Positions 20,232 to 30,124 of a DNA stretch of 64,000 bases are shown here, piece after piece. Below the pieces are notes generated by a model. That model saw only the letters and a list, made by a program, of their open reading frames with translations. It had not been told where the DNA came from and ran no database searches. Source of the stretch: Nitrosopumilus sp. (GTDB lineage Archaea > Thermoproteota > Nitrososphaeria > Nitrososphaerales > Nitrosopumilaceae); assembly GCA_965238275.1 (NCBI GenBank), contig OZ250186.1, forward strand, positions 1,472,001-1,536,000, given 5' to 3'. Numbering within the stretch: the first letter of the stretch is position 1; every line of letters begins with the position of its first letter. The translations under genes and the position numbers were made by a program.

Positions 20232-20494
20232 ATTTCCATTCTCTCACAACAGCAACTTTGCCGTGCAAGGTGGCGGAAGTAATGAATTTTGAGAGCGGCA
20301 GTCAGCTGAGACTGGACATGCTCTACCATGTCTCCGGCAGCAATGCAGATGTCAGCGTGGCCTGCATGGACGATGCTCAGGACGTGCAGACCTACGTTGG
20401 TGGGCTGCTCGCGGAGAGCCTTATCAGGAACACCGACTGCGTGGATGCATCTGGCGGTGTCTAAATCTACACTGGTTTTCCTGTAGGTAGCCAC
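20201..20494 (-). CDS. Hypothetical protein
   Basis: Fills the gap downstream of the S8 protease with overlapping start/stop; several Cys. Confidence 0.45.
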   Translation of the reverse strand: MATYRKTSVDLDTARCIHAVGVPDKALREQPTNVGLHVLSIVHAGHADICIAAGDMVEHVQSQLTAALKIHYFRHLARQSCCCERMEIYAFTDCRLL

Positions 20495-23400
20495 CGAACC
20501 TTTCTTTGTTTAAGCGCCAGAATAACACCGACCGCCACTGCAACCGTAATCCCTGCGCCAATGGCAATCCCAATCAGATATGGTTCGGATGAATTCCAAT
20601 CAAATTCTGATTCAGAACCTGCATCACTTCCGGATGTCACTACGTCGCCTTCTGATGCCCCATCACCAGACTTGTCGCCAATGCCGGATGTGTCCGGCTC
20701 TACTGCTCCATCAGGCCTCTCCACCACATCAGGCTCCGTGACCACCTCTGGCTCTATTGTCAGCAGACCTGATTCCAGTTCCGGCATCCCGGGTTCTCCG
20801 GTTATGTCCTTGGATATTGTATCCGAATCATCAGATTCTCTCATCCCCCCGTCGTCATCCTGCCGGGCTGCAGTCTCATCGCCTATAGTCTCATCCGTGT
20901 CATCTTCAGAACCACTTCTGTCTTCTGTATTGTCTGGGGTATCCGTTGGAGTGTCCTCAGCCGTATCCTCAGCCGTATCCTCAGCCGTATCCTCAGCCGT
21001 ATCCTCAGCCGTATCCTCCGGAATCTCATTTTCAAAGATGCTTGTAAACAGGGCTGCAAGCGTGATGGGTTCGGTAACGGCATCCCCGCCAAACAGAGTC
21101 GAGTGTGTCAGCAGCGTGTATGTGCCGGTCTGGTTTATCGGCACATGCAGAACCGTTGATCGCTTGTTGTTGTTGTTGTCCACCGGGAAGAACCCGCCTC
21201 CCCCGCTGAACGGCGACGTGCCCAGCCAGTCAATTGAGGGCCAGTTGAGAAAGTGCCCGAATACCCCTGATGGGACGTTTGTGTGTATTATCTGGCCTGC
21301 CGGATTCGCTACAAACGCGGCGATGCTCGTATCCTCGCTCACCCACGATATCTTGATTGCCGCAGAGTTGATGGACTCGTCTTGCACGTCAAAATAGTAC
21401 TGCCGCCAGTCGCCTGCCATATAGCGGCCTGTCATGTCAAATGCGCCCTTTGTGTACCCATTCCCGTACATCGGATCGCCGCCTTTGACCCCCATGATCA
21501 GCAACGACGGGTCATCTTCTGACACGGGGCTCCGGACTGCAAATGAGACCGGCGCGTTCACTACATGCGTGTCCCCTTCAAACTGCACAAATCCCTGATA
21601 CACCCCTGTCTCCGTCCCGTCGGGGACCACCAGCGTCACGTCGACTGATGCAGACCCCCCGGGCGGAACATTCACCGTGTCCTGTCCGGGCCACACCATG
21701 GACCAGTCGTCCCTTTCGTAGTATCTTGCAGAGACGGTATACTCCATTGACGTTGCGTTCTGGTTTATGGCGCCGACCCAGTAAGAGTACTTTTCAGGAA
21801 CAGGATACACCCCCACCAGCGGAACCCCCTCGAACTTTTCTGTAGGATCCGACACCCTCAGTTCCTGTACCGTGCCCCAGGAGCCGCCCCTGTTCACAAG
21901 CGACAGCTCGCTGCTTGCCACCTTGGAGTCTGCGTCTGCATCCACCCAGTCATACACGTACAAAGACGAGATCCTCAGATCATCGGCATAGATGTCTGCC
22001 GTCTTGTTCATAAACTCGCCAAACGGAAAGTGCACGTTTAGCACCATCAGCGAGGCCTCTTCGGGAATAGGATCGCCCCTGTCAAAAAAGTCTGCAGTGC
22101 TTGTCTGGTTTTGTATGTCGGCAAGCCGGATGTAGTTTGGGGCATATCCGTCAGCCGCCTCCAGTACGGGGTCCAGCTTGCGTACTGCAGTGTCCCCCTT
22201 GTAGAACCCGCTCTCAATGAGTGACATTTCCTGGGGAATCACCCTGACTGACAGCTCCTCGTCTCCCGGGTTCCGTATGGTAAACGAGGCAGTCGTCCGA
22301 TCACCGGGCAGGAGGTGCCCTGCAAACCAGCTGGTCATGGTGGCAGGTAGCGTCGGAAATCCAAACTCCTCGATGTGCGCTGCTGTCGTATTGAACTGTG
22401 CCATTGCAGGATCAAGCACGTTTCGAATATTGTCATACGAGGCAGTATTGTCCACCACAAACACGCCCCGGTTCCCGTGGACGTAGTCAAGGGCCGTTCC
22501 CGCGTCTGCCAGGCCTGATCCCTGCACAAACGGATCATTGCCCAGATCAGTTGCAGTCGACATGAGTATGCTCTTTATCAGGGGCGGGTCGTAGTCCTGC
22601 GACTGCGCAGTCATCTCCCCCATCACGACTGCGGCAATTCCGGCAACCATCGGCGCTGCCATGCTGGTCCCGCCATACGTTGAAAACGGATCGGCAGTCG
22701 ATTCTAGGTCAACCTTGGTCACCGTCTTTGGGACGAATCCGTATGCCCCGACGCTTACAGTGTCGGGCTTGGGAAATCCCATGGCGCCCGGACCCCTGCT
22801 TGAAAAGTCTATTATGTGATTCAGGTGTTCGGTGGTGTTTCCAAACCGCGGCTGGTCCTTGAGCGAGTTATACCCCACTATGACGTTGTTGTTTGTGGCG
22901 CCCACAGTTACGGCCATCGGGGACGATGCAGACGGCCCCATGGTGCCGTATCCGTGTCCTGCGTTTCCTGCACTTGTGACCATCAGCACCCCCGGATAGT
23001 CGTCATCCAGCGAGTGCGGGGTTGCAAGCATTCCTAGCAGCAGGGACAACGAATCGTACCCCGGAAACACCCCGATTCGCGGGAATGCCGAAATCCCCCA
23101 GCTGTTTGAGAGTATGTCCGCCCTTGGCGCCCCTGAAAACTTCCACGTGCCGTCGTCCTCTTCAAATCCTGCCGCCCACAGCCAGCCGTACACCACGTCC
23201 CCAAACCACAGCGCCTTGACCGGCAGTATGCTTGCATCCGGCGCCACTCCGGGCAGCGAGTACTTCTGGGTATCGTTGTAAAGGTCATAGGACATCTGGC
23301 CGCTTGAGGCTATGACTGATGCGCTGGCTGTCCCGTGGCCTGCAAAGTCAGTCATCACTCCAAAGAACATCCCGTCAGGATCCAGCGCGGGCAGCAGTGT

Positions 23401-24594
23401 CCCGTTTACGGCCCCCAGGACGTCATCAATGTCAGTCATATTCATGTCCATCACATCGTATATGTCCAGGACCCGCGCCCCCACGGTGCCTGCGCTGTAG
23501 TCATCCGTGCCGTCCTCGTCCGAGTCATACACCAGAAACTCGTTTCCGCTCCCGAGCACTATTGGCTTTTCATCAGTAAAGTCAAAGTCGTACTCTGGCG
23601 TCTGGCCAAGCTCCAGGCTGTTCCGGGTATAGTCGCTCCATGACGTGCTCAGATCAGGGATTACCGTATCGTACACCCCGGGCACCACCGAATCCACCAC
23701 CAGCACCGGCACCACCTGCACCCCTGCAAGCGATCCGGACAGGTACCCCTGGTACATGGCGCCAAGATGGTACATCCCGCTCATCGATCTTATGTAGTCC
23801 CTGTTGCCATCGCCAATCTTCATGTCATTAATGATGGTGCCGTCAAGTACCGGTGATGGCCCTATGTCCGGATAAAACGAGTTATACACCTGGATTGTCG
23901 TGCCCTCGCCGCCCTGCAATAAATCCAAAAATACTCCGTCGTCATTGACATACACAGACGAGGTCACGTTTTCGGGAAGCTCCCTGTCATAGTTCCTGAT
24001 TATTCCATTGTCATCTATGTTCCCAAAGAACGTGGAATTGGTGATCACTATCCCCTGTCCGTCCGGGTCAAGCATTACCGGGTGGCCTATGCCGTCACGT
24101 GCAAGCGAGTGCCGTATGTCCGGATTTGAAAAGTCGACTCCGGTATCGATTATTGCAACTGTCGCCCCGGCTCCGGCCGCGTCGTACTCCGGCCTGTCAA
24201 GGCCGGCTATCTGGGCCGTCCTTGATCCGTCATGCAATACGTCCCCAGAGTGAAAGTCCAGCTTAAAGTCCTCAATCACATGGTACCCCTGTCCTGCCAG
24301 AAACAAGGCCTCCTCCTCGGACAGCACCGAGACGGAGAGGAACCCTGCATCATAACCTGTCCCGTACGGCAGCAGCGACGGCGGCGGCGGCGCGCCTGCC
24401 TGCCATCCTCCAAGCACTATGTATCTCTTTGTGGTATCGGGATTGAACTCGTACTCTATCTGGATGATCCGGCTGTCGGGAAGCACGATGTCCTGCTGGA
24501 GCGCGACGGGTATCTCGTCTATTGAGACGGCATACGCATCGGCAACAGCTACAAAAAACACAAGCGTAGCCAGCAGGAGAATGAACCGGTGCAC
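20467..24594 (-). CDS. Membrane-anchored subtilisin-like S8 serine peptidase
   Basis: Catalytic motifs IIDTG, GHGT, SAGN, GTSMAAP; signal peptide; acidic stalk and C-terminal TM helix. Confidence 0.93.
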   Translation of the reverse strand: MHRFILLLATLVFFVAVADAYAVSIDEIPVALQQDIVLPDSRIIQIEYEFNPDTTKRYIVLGGWQAGAPPPPSLLPYGTGYDAGFLSVSVLSEEEALFLAGQGYHVIEDFKLDFHSGDVLHDGSRTAQIAGLDRPEYDAAGAGATVAIIDTGVDFSNPDIRHSLARDGIGHPVMLDPDGQGIVITNSTFFGNIDDNGIIRNYDRELPENVTSSVYVNDDGVFLDLLQGGEGTTIQVYNSFYPDIGPSPVLDGTIINDMKIGDGNRDYIRSMSGMYHLGAMYQGYLSGSLAGVQVVPVLVVDSVVPGVYDTVIPDLSTSWSDYTRNSLELGQTPEYDFDFTDEKPIVLGSGNEFLVYDSDEDGTDDYSAGTVGARVLDIYDVMDMNMTDIDDVLGAVNGTLLPALDPDGMFFGVMTDFAGHGTASASVIASSGQMSYDLYNDTQKYSLPGVAPDASILPVKALWFGDVVYGWLWAAGFEEDDGTWKFSGAPRADILSNSWGISAFPRIGVFPGYDSLSLLLGMLATPHSLDDDYPGVLMVTSAGNAGHGYGTMGPSASSPMAVTVGATNNNVIVGYNSLKDQPRFGNTTEHLNHIIDFSSRGPGAMGFPKPDTVSVGAYGFVPKTVTKVDLESTADPFSTYGGTSMAAPMVAGIAAVVMGEMTAQSQDYDPPLIKSILMSTATDLGNDPFVQGSGLADAGTALDYVHGNRGVFVVDNTASYDNIRNVLDPAMAQFNTTAAHIEEFGFPTLPATMTSWFAGHLLPGDRTTASFTIRNPGDEELSVRVIPQEMSLIESGFYKGDTAVRKLDPVLEAADGYAPNYIRLADIQNQTSTADFFDRGDPIPEEASLMVLNVHFPFGEFMNKTADIYADDLRISSLYVYDWVDADADSKVASSELSLVNRGGSWGTVQELRVSDPTEKFEGVPLVGVYPVPEKYSYWVGAINQNATSMEYTVSARYYERDDWSMVWPGQDTVNVPPGGSASVDVTLVVPDGTETGVYQGFVQFEGDTHVVNAPVSFAVRSPVSEDDPSLLIMGVKGGDPMYGNGYTKGAFDMTGRYMAGDWRQYYFDVQDESINSAAIKISWVSEDTSIAAFVANPAGQIIHTNVPSGVFGHFLNWPSIDWLGTSPFSGGGGFFPVDNNNNKRSTVLHVPINQTGTYTLLTHSTLFGGDAVTEPITLAALFTSIFENEIPEDTAEDTAEDTAEDTAEDTAEDTPTDTPDNTEDRSGSEDDTDETIGDETAARQDDDGGMRESDDSDTISKDITGEPGMPELESGLLTIEPEVVTEPDVVERPDGAVEPDTSGIGDKSGDGASEGDVVTSGSDAGSESEFDWNSSEPYLIGIAIGAGITVAVAVGVILALKQRKVRWLPTGKPV
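20954..21018 (-). repeat. 12-bp tandem repeat x5.4 encoding (EDTA)n
   Basis: Plus-strand unit TCCTCAGCCGTA. Confidence 0.95.
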
Positions 24595-24621
24595 GTCATC
24601 CTTTTGTAGGTATTGGTATAA

Positions 24622-25587
24622 CTATCTTCTTCTGGCAATGATGGCTATCTGCAGCGCCACTATGATTCCTATTGATGCAATGATTGGGAACAGCAGCGAG
24701 TTGAGCTGGGTTGAGGCCTCGCTGATAAAGTCCACAGAGTCCGTGATGGCCCCGGTGCCGTTGTTTATGGTGTCGCTTGCCTGGTCAAGGGTTACATCAA
24801 ATTCTGCAATCTGGGACTTTAGCACGTCAAGCTCGGCTGAGGTCTCGTCAAGTACCGAGTTGAGCCGGATTATCTGATCAGATATTCCGCCAAGATCCTG
24901 GCTGAGCACATTGGTGGCAGTAGAGCCGTGCGAGGTGGTTCCCTGGGTGAATGCCACAACATGAAAGACGTGCGTGCCCTCCTCTACCGGGGTATAATCC
25001 ACAAAGTGCAGTCCCCGGTGCAACGTCTCAAAGGAGTCTGAGAGTTTGACTGAGACGCCTGACGGCAGATGGACGTGCGTATCATCAAGCAGGTCTGCCG
25101 GACTGTTTCCAAGCAGCAGGCCGTCACTGGTAGTCTGTACAAACACCCTGATTGGCTGGTTGATTGCAGCAGTCTCGGGCGCAAATACCGATACTGTGAC
25201 GTGCCTTTCTACCGGCACATCGCGCAGCTCTGCCGTGGATGAAAACTTTACATCAACGCTTTCTGACAGGCCGTTTTGTGCCGTGCTGATTACCTCCACC
25301 GTGTACGTCCCGTAGGGGAATCCGACGGTGGGCTCGGGCCACTCCAGCAGGTTGTAGTTGAATCTGCCGTCGTGTTCTGTCGTTACCTGGTCAAACTTTG
25401 CAATCGAGCCGTCTGGGGCAAAGAGGCGTATTATCAGGTTCTCTTCTGGAAGCGCGGTTCCATAGATCTGCAGGTTGTGTATCGGAGAGTACACCGAGCT
25501 TGATGTAAACACCTCAAGACCCTCTGAAAACGCATTCGGGGTGTATAAGAGGAATGGTATCAGAACCAGGGCAAGTACATATCTCAT
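24622..25587 (-). CDS. Membrane-anchored protein with Ig-like domains and C-terminal coiled coil
   Basis: Signal peptide, beta-rich body, heptad segment, TM helix + RRR tail. Confidence 0.75.
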   Translation of the reverse strand: MRYVLALVLIPFLLYTPNAFSEGLEVFTSSSVYSPIHNLQIYGTALPEENLIIRLFAPDGSIAKFDQVTTEHDGRFNYNLLEWPEPTVGFPYGTYTVEVISTAQNGLSESVDVKFSSTAELRDVPVERHVTVSVFAPETAAINQPIRVFVQTTSDGLLLGNSPADLLDDTHVHLPSGVSVKLSDSFETLHRGLHFVDYTPVEEGTHVFHVVAFTQGTTSHGSTATNVLSQDLGGISDQIIRLNSVLDETSAELDVLKSQIAEFDVTLDQASDTINNGTGAITDSVDFISEASTQLNSLLFPIIASIGIIVALQIAIIARRR

Positions 25588-25690
25588 CTGGAATAACTCC
25601 GTTCTTCCTCATAGATATTACTTATGACAATTTGGGACTGTCAAGTTGGTGACGCGGGGAAGGCGCGACATGGGTGTGGGGCAGTAACCA

Positions 25691-26188
25691 TCAAGTCTTC
25701 AAAAGGCGGTACTCCTTCAGGATGTCCTCTATCTGTGCCTGGTCTTCAAGCCCAGAGTACTCCTCAAGGAGGTGCCTGTTGAGATCAAGAAACGTGTGGC
25801 CCCATTTGAACTTGTCAAGCAGGCCAACGGCCTGCTCCTGAAATCCCATGATTGTCAGGGCCGCAGACAGTGCCTCGACAGTCGTCAGCTTGCCTAGTTT
25901 GGAATAGTTGACAGGATTTCCTGCAAGCAGTGGCGGAAGCCTTCTGCGGATGCGGCCAAACTGCCTTGAAAACTCTTGTTCTGCAAGGCTCCATGAGCAG
26001 TCAATCCCGATTATGGCGTTGGCCAGGAACCTGTCCCGGGGGAGCAGTACCTGGTCTGAGAACGGGTCCAGCACAAGCCCCCTCCTGCCAATCCTTTGGA
26101 TGCTTCTGGCAAGACCAAACCTTACCATCTTTGCAGCCGTGCACTTTCTTGGGTCGTCCTGATGGAACATCAGGACCTGAAGATTCAT
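25691..26188 (-). CDS. tsr3: rRNA aminocarboxypropyltransferase Tsr3 (DUF367)
   Basis: DDPRKCT, IDCSW, RRLPPLLAGNPVNY, FKWGHTF. Confidence 0.93.
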   Translation of the reverse strand: MNLQVLMFHQDDPRKCTAAKMVRFGLARSIQRIGRRGLVLDPFSDQVLLPRDRFLANAIIGIDCSWSLAEQEFSRQFGRIRRRLPPLLAGNPVNYSKLGKLTTVEALSAALTIMGFQEQAVGLLDKFKWGHTFLDLNRHLLEEYSGLEDQAQIEDILKEYRLLKT

Positions 26189-26222
26189 CTCACCAGAATA
26201 CGTGGCAGGCAGTATTTGGAAC

Positions 26223-28379
26223 TTACTGTGCCGCCGCCGTCCTGTATGTGACCTTGTAGTAGAACCGTGAGACCTGTTCGTCTGCCTTTACCACTTCAAT
26301 ATTCCAGCCGGCATCCGGCAGGGCGGCATCGTCGGATTCAGGCAGAATTGTAAACTTTTCCACCTGCACATCCGGACCGCTGTACCGCACGTTGAGCATC
26401 ATCCCGTCGACATCCACAGTGTCATATATCTGTCCTGGCCTTCGGGTGGACTCGGATACAAGACAGTCGTCTGCCGTGCCTATGATGCATGTTCCTGCAT
26501 CGCTTAGAACCCTGAGGTTTACATCAGACGTGCTGCTTCCAGCTGTAGTAACCACAGAACCAAAGACGACCCTGGGCTCAAATGTGGTGCCGTCTACTGC
26601 CCTCTCTCCTGTGGCGACGGTGATCATTCTTTCAGGTATCCTGTGGCCCTTTTCAAATATTACCATGGGATCAGGCGTCTCCCCGACTATCTGGAACTGG
26701 GCCGATGCGGCTTCAGCCCCGGCCTCCACGACGACTGTGTACTTTCCTATGGCGGCTTTGATATCCGGAATGACGAAGGTGTGTGTGAACTGTCCGGATC
26801 CACCCGGAGCGACAGATGCCGTCTGGCAGACATCAGGCTCACATGCGGTCCCTGATATCTGAACTATGCTCACCTCAAACTCTGTTATGTCCGTAGGCCC
26901 GTTCGTGCCGCCCGTGATTACAATGGCGTCTCCCGGATTGTACTTGGATTTGTCCGGGGATGCAAACACCACGATACGTTCCTCGGCATCAGGTTCAATC
27001 TCGCTGACTACCTCAAACGAGGTCTCTGCCTGCGAATCTCCATAAATTGCCCTTACAAAATACGTGCCTTCCTCAAATACTGTTATTGGTATGTTAAAGA
27101 CGCTTGAGAACTCGCCGTCCTGATCAGGATAGACCTGTGCCTCATCGATGTGCCTGAACGAGAATATCCCGTCATTTACCTGTATTGTGACCCTGTCTGG
27201 CACAAGCGCGCCGCCCTGGTCATCACCTACAATCACATTTCCGGTTACCCTAAACGTCTCCTCCACCAGGTACGCGGGTTTGTCGGTGCGGACAAGGATT
27301 GGGGTCTCTGTAAGTGAGTCGTTTTCAGGATCTTCTGATACCTTGAAGATGATCTCCCTGTCGGTGTTCTCCGAGGAGACGCCTATCGTGTAAAAGCCAA
27401 GAATATCCAGAGGGTCCAAGCCGCCCACGGGTTGGATGGCTGGAATGGTCCATGACCATGAGAATCCCTGGTCGCTGATGTCTGCCTGATGCTCCTCGAC
27501 TGTCCTGTCAGGGCGCGTCAGCGTGATGTCAAGCGAGGTGACTGCACTTGGTGAGATTGTGCCGTTTAGGTATACTGTCTGCCCATACCCGTACACGTCC
27601 CTGTCAGTGGCAATTGCAGCATCGTCCAGATTCAGGGGCTCTACAATCTGGAACGTGTCCGTGGCAGCGCCGTCAATATACGTGGCAGTGGCAACATAGA
27701 TTCCCGTGCCAAAGATGCTTGAGATTGCCTTGACCTGTGCTGAAAAACTGCCCGTGCTGTCAGGTAAAGATATGATGGTGTAATCAGACGTGCTGCCGGC
27801 CTGTCTGCTGATGCCTGCAGATGCTGCAGCGTTGTAGGATATGGTGATCTTGACTGGAGTGCTGGCGCTGTAGGAATCGATATCCTCGACTACCCCGCTA
27901 AAGAGCATGGTATCCCCCGTCGCGTAAACGTCCATGTCCGAGCCAACAGTCAGTGAGGCTGCCGTCTGGACGATGTCTGGAATCACGGGGCCTGTCACCT
28001 CAAAGGTTGCAGACGCATGCTGGTCCCCGTAGTCGGCTGTGATCACATAGGTTCCATGTACAAGATTGCCGGTGAGGGGTATGCGGTTGTCAAAATTGCC
28101 ATCAGCATTAACTACCTTTTCTCTGTGGATCACCTTACCGTTGGGATCACTGACGTAATACGACAGAGCCTCGCCTGGAATGGGCACTGACGTCTGGGCA
28201 GACATTATGACTGTGTCGCCATAGACGTACTCGGACATGTCCGTATCCATCCTCAGAGGCGACTGCGAGGCATCATCATCATCTGCAGGCGCCTCTCCCC
28301 CCGCTCCCCCGGTCTGGGCATATGCTACGGCCCCAAGCAGGATCAGAAAAGGTATTACATACAGACTCCGGGCCACCAT
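26223..28379 (-). CDS. Large secreted protein with tandem Ig/MG2-like repeats
   Basis: Signal peptide from MVARSL; five TD..Y..G(D/E)T...G repeats. Confidence 0.8.
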   Translation of the reverse strand: MVARSLYVIPFLILLGAVAYAQTGGAGGEAPADDDDASQSPLRMDTDMSEYVYGDTVIMSAQTSVPIPGEALSYYVSDPNGKVIHREKVVNADGNFDNRIPLTGNLVHGTYVITADYGDQHASATFEVTGPVIPDIVQTAASLTVGSDMDVYATGDTMLFSGVVEDIDSYSASTPVKITISYNAAASAGISRQAGSTSDYTIISLPDSTGSFSAQVKAISSIFGTGIYVATATYIDGAATDTFQIVEPLNLDDAAIATDRDVYGYGQTVYLNGTISPSAVTSLDITLTRPDRTVEEHQADISDQGFSWSWTIPAIQPVGGLDPLDILGFYTIGVSSENTDREIIFKVSEDPENDSLTETPILVRTDKPAYLVEETFRVTGNVIVGDDQGGALVPDRVTIQVNDGIFSFRHIDEAQVYPDQDGEFSSVFNIPITVFEEGTYFVRAIYGDSQAETSFEVVSEIEPDAEERIVVFASPDKSKYNPGDAIVITGGTNGPTDITEFEVSIVQISGTACEPDVCQTASVAPGGSGQFTHTFVIPDIKAAIGKYTVVVEAGAEAASAQFQIVGETPDPMVIFEKGHRIPERMITVATGERAVDGTTFEPRVVFGSVVTTAGSSTSDVNLRVLSDAGTCIIGTADDCLVSESTRRPGQIYDTVDVDGMMLNVRYSGPDVQVEKFTILPESDDAALPDAGWNIEVVKADEQVSRFYYKVTYRTAAAQ

Positions 28380-28506
28380 TGTTTTTTGTACCGTCCATAT
28401 CATTTTAAAATAGAAATAGTAAAAATTGAGCTTGTTGTTAAAGTTATACATCTTCCCTCCGCCAAACGGGCATAATTCGGATTGGCCGGCATGGCGCCCT
28501 GCAGGC

Positions 28507-28752
28507 TCATTGTTCTTCTGCGTCGCAGACGGGACACTCCTTGCCGGATACCTTGGAGCCGCACTCCATGCATATTCCCTCTCCCACGTCGCGCTGTACC
28601 GACCGTTTTCGCTGTACCACGTACGCCTTAATTCCAAAATACATGGCAATCACTATGAGGGCCGCATAAATCGGAGGCATGAACGGCGTCAGCCCAATCA
28701 TGAATAGCAAAAGCCCTACAATCAGGATTATGTCGCGTCTTTCAAAATTCAA
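28507..28752 (-). CDS. Small membrane protein with C-terminal zinc ribbon
   Basis: Two TM helices, CMECG...CPVC. Confidence 0.75.
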   Translation of the reverse strand: MNFERRDIILIVGLLLFMIGLTPFMPPIYAALIVIAMYFGIKAYVVQRKRSVQRDVGEGICMECGSKVSGKECPVCDAEEQ

Positions 28753-28898
28753 CAGGAATAATGGACACTATAATTCATAAAAACATGCCGGAGCTCAGCG
28801 CCAATTGGTTTATTTCACTGCATAATCATCATCATCATCACTCTAACTCTTCTTCATTGCCCGGCACCCACACCACATCCTGACTCGGTTATAACATA

Positions 28899-28972
28899 TG
28901 GGATCGGCGAGATTTGAACGCGCGACCTCTGCGTCCCAAACGCAGAATCATACCAAGCTAGACCACGATCCC
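28899..28972 (-). tRNA. tRNA-Pro(TGG)
   Basis: Acceptor GGGATCG/CGATCCC, anticodon arm CTGCG-TT TGG GA-CGCAG, TTCAAAT loop. Confidence 0.95.
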
Positions 28973-29045
28973 AACAAATCCTAAAAACAACCCAATTTAA
29001 GCCTCACAGGTAATCATTTTAATGGCATGCAGAGAACCCATGGTT

Positions 29046-29942
29046 ATGCAGACAGACGACTATCTCAAGGCCGGAAAGATTGCATCCCAGGTAAGGGAGA
29101 TGGTCAGGACAAAAGACTGGACTGGAATGACAGTTTACGAGATATGTGAGGAGGTGGAAGGCCAGATTAGAAGCAGGGGCGCAAAGTGCGCGTTTCCGGT
29201 AAACACCAGCATCAACGAGGTCGCAGCACACTATACGGCAGAACCAAACGATCCAATCACAATCAAGGACACCGATCTGGTAAAGGTTGACCTTGGGGCG
29301 CAGATAAACGGATACATTGCAGACACGGCAGTGACTGTGTGTTATGATGCCAGATATGACAGCCTCGTTGACGCATCCGAGAAGGCACTGAAGAACGCGA
29401 TGGCGATGATAAAGGCAGACGTAAAGGCAAGGGATATCGGACGGATCATCGAGTCGACGATAAAGCAGATGGGGGCCAAGCCCATCATAAACCTCAGCGG
29501 CCATTCGCTGGACCAGTACACCATACATGCAGGAAAGACCATCCCGAACACATGGTCGATTGGAGGATTTTCACTTTCAAGCGGCGCAGCCTACGCGTGC
29601 GAGCCGTTTGTCACAACCAAGAACGGGGGAGGATTCGTAAGGAACGGAAAGACAAAGAACATCTTTGCCTTGAACTCCCGCAAGAGGACAAAGGATACGG
29701 AGGCAGACAGAATGCTTGACTTTATCTGGGAGAGCTTTAACATGCTGCCCTTTGCGCTTAGGTGGCTGACAGGGGAGTTTGAGGAGGCCGAGGCAAGAAG
29801 GCTGCTGGAGTTTCTGGTTAAAAAGAAGGCAGTCAAGGCATATCCAATTCTCGTAGAGATACACGAACAGAGGGTGGCCCAGGCAGAGCACACGTTTATT
29901 CCAAACGAGAACGGCGTGACCATCACCACAGAGGCAGTCTAG
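29046..29942 (+). CDS. map: Methionine aminopeptidase type II
   Basis: AFPVN, AAHYT, KVDLG, DTA, GHS, IHAG, EPF, EHT. Confidence 0.95.
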   Translation: MQTDDYLKAGKIASQVREMVRTKDWTGMTVYEICEEVEGQIRSRGAKCAFPVNTSINEVAAHYTAEPNDPITIKDTDLVKVDLGAQINGYIADTAVTVCYDARYDSLVDASEKALKNAMAMIKADVKARDIGRIIESTIKQMGAKPIINLSGHSLDQYTIHAGKTIPNTWSIGGFSLSSGAAYACEPFVTTKNGGGFVRNGKTKNIFALNSRKRTKDTEADRMLDFIWESFNMLPFALRWLTGEFEEAEARRLLEFLVKKKAVKAYPILVEIHEQRVAQAEHTFIPNENGVTITTEAV

Positions 29943-30124
29943 TAGAATACCGTCTCGCCAAAGATCTTCTCAATGCGCACCGTGCCCCCGCATGAGGCGG
30001 CGCATTTGCCAGACACGCTGAACACGATGTCGCCTGCAGAAAACTTTCTCTGCTCTGTGGCGCCGCACTTTGTGCACTTTTCAACGGTGTACTCCCTGGT
30101 GAGTTTCCTCTCCACGTGGATCAT
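29939..30124 (-). CDS. Small zinc-ribbon protein
   Basis: CTKC...C...C, coupled to the DUF1512 gene. Confidence 0.7.
   Translation of the reverse strand: MIHVERKLTREYTVEKCTKCGATEQRKFSAGDIVFSVSGKCAASCGGTVRIEKIFGETVFY

Noticed and set aside
20561-21397. Long antisense ORFs (this one, 39391..40365, 53963..54799, 14744..15604 and similar)
   Set aside because: Shadows of well-supported genes on the opposite strand in GC-rich sequence, with Ser/Pro/Met-biased composition.
28899-28972. C-U mismatch in the T-stem of tRNA-Pro, and tRNAs as integration sites
   Set aside because: A single mismatch is tolerable and the rest of the cloverleaf is canonical; no duplicated tRNA 3' end or integrase near either tRNA.
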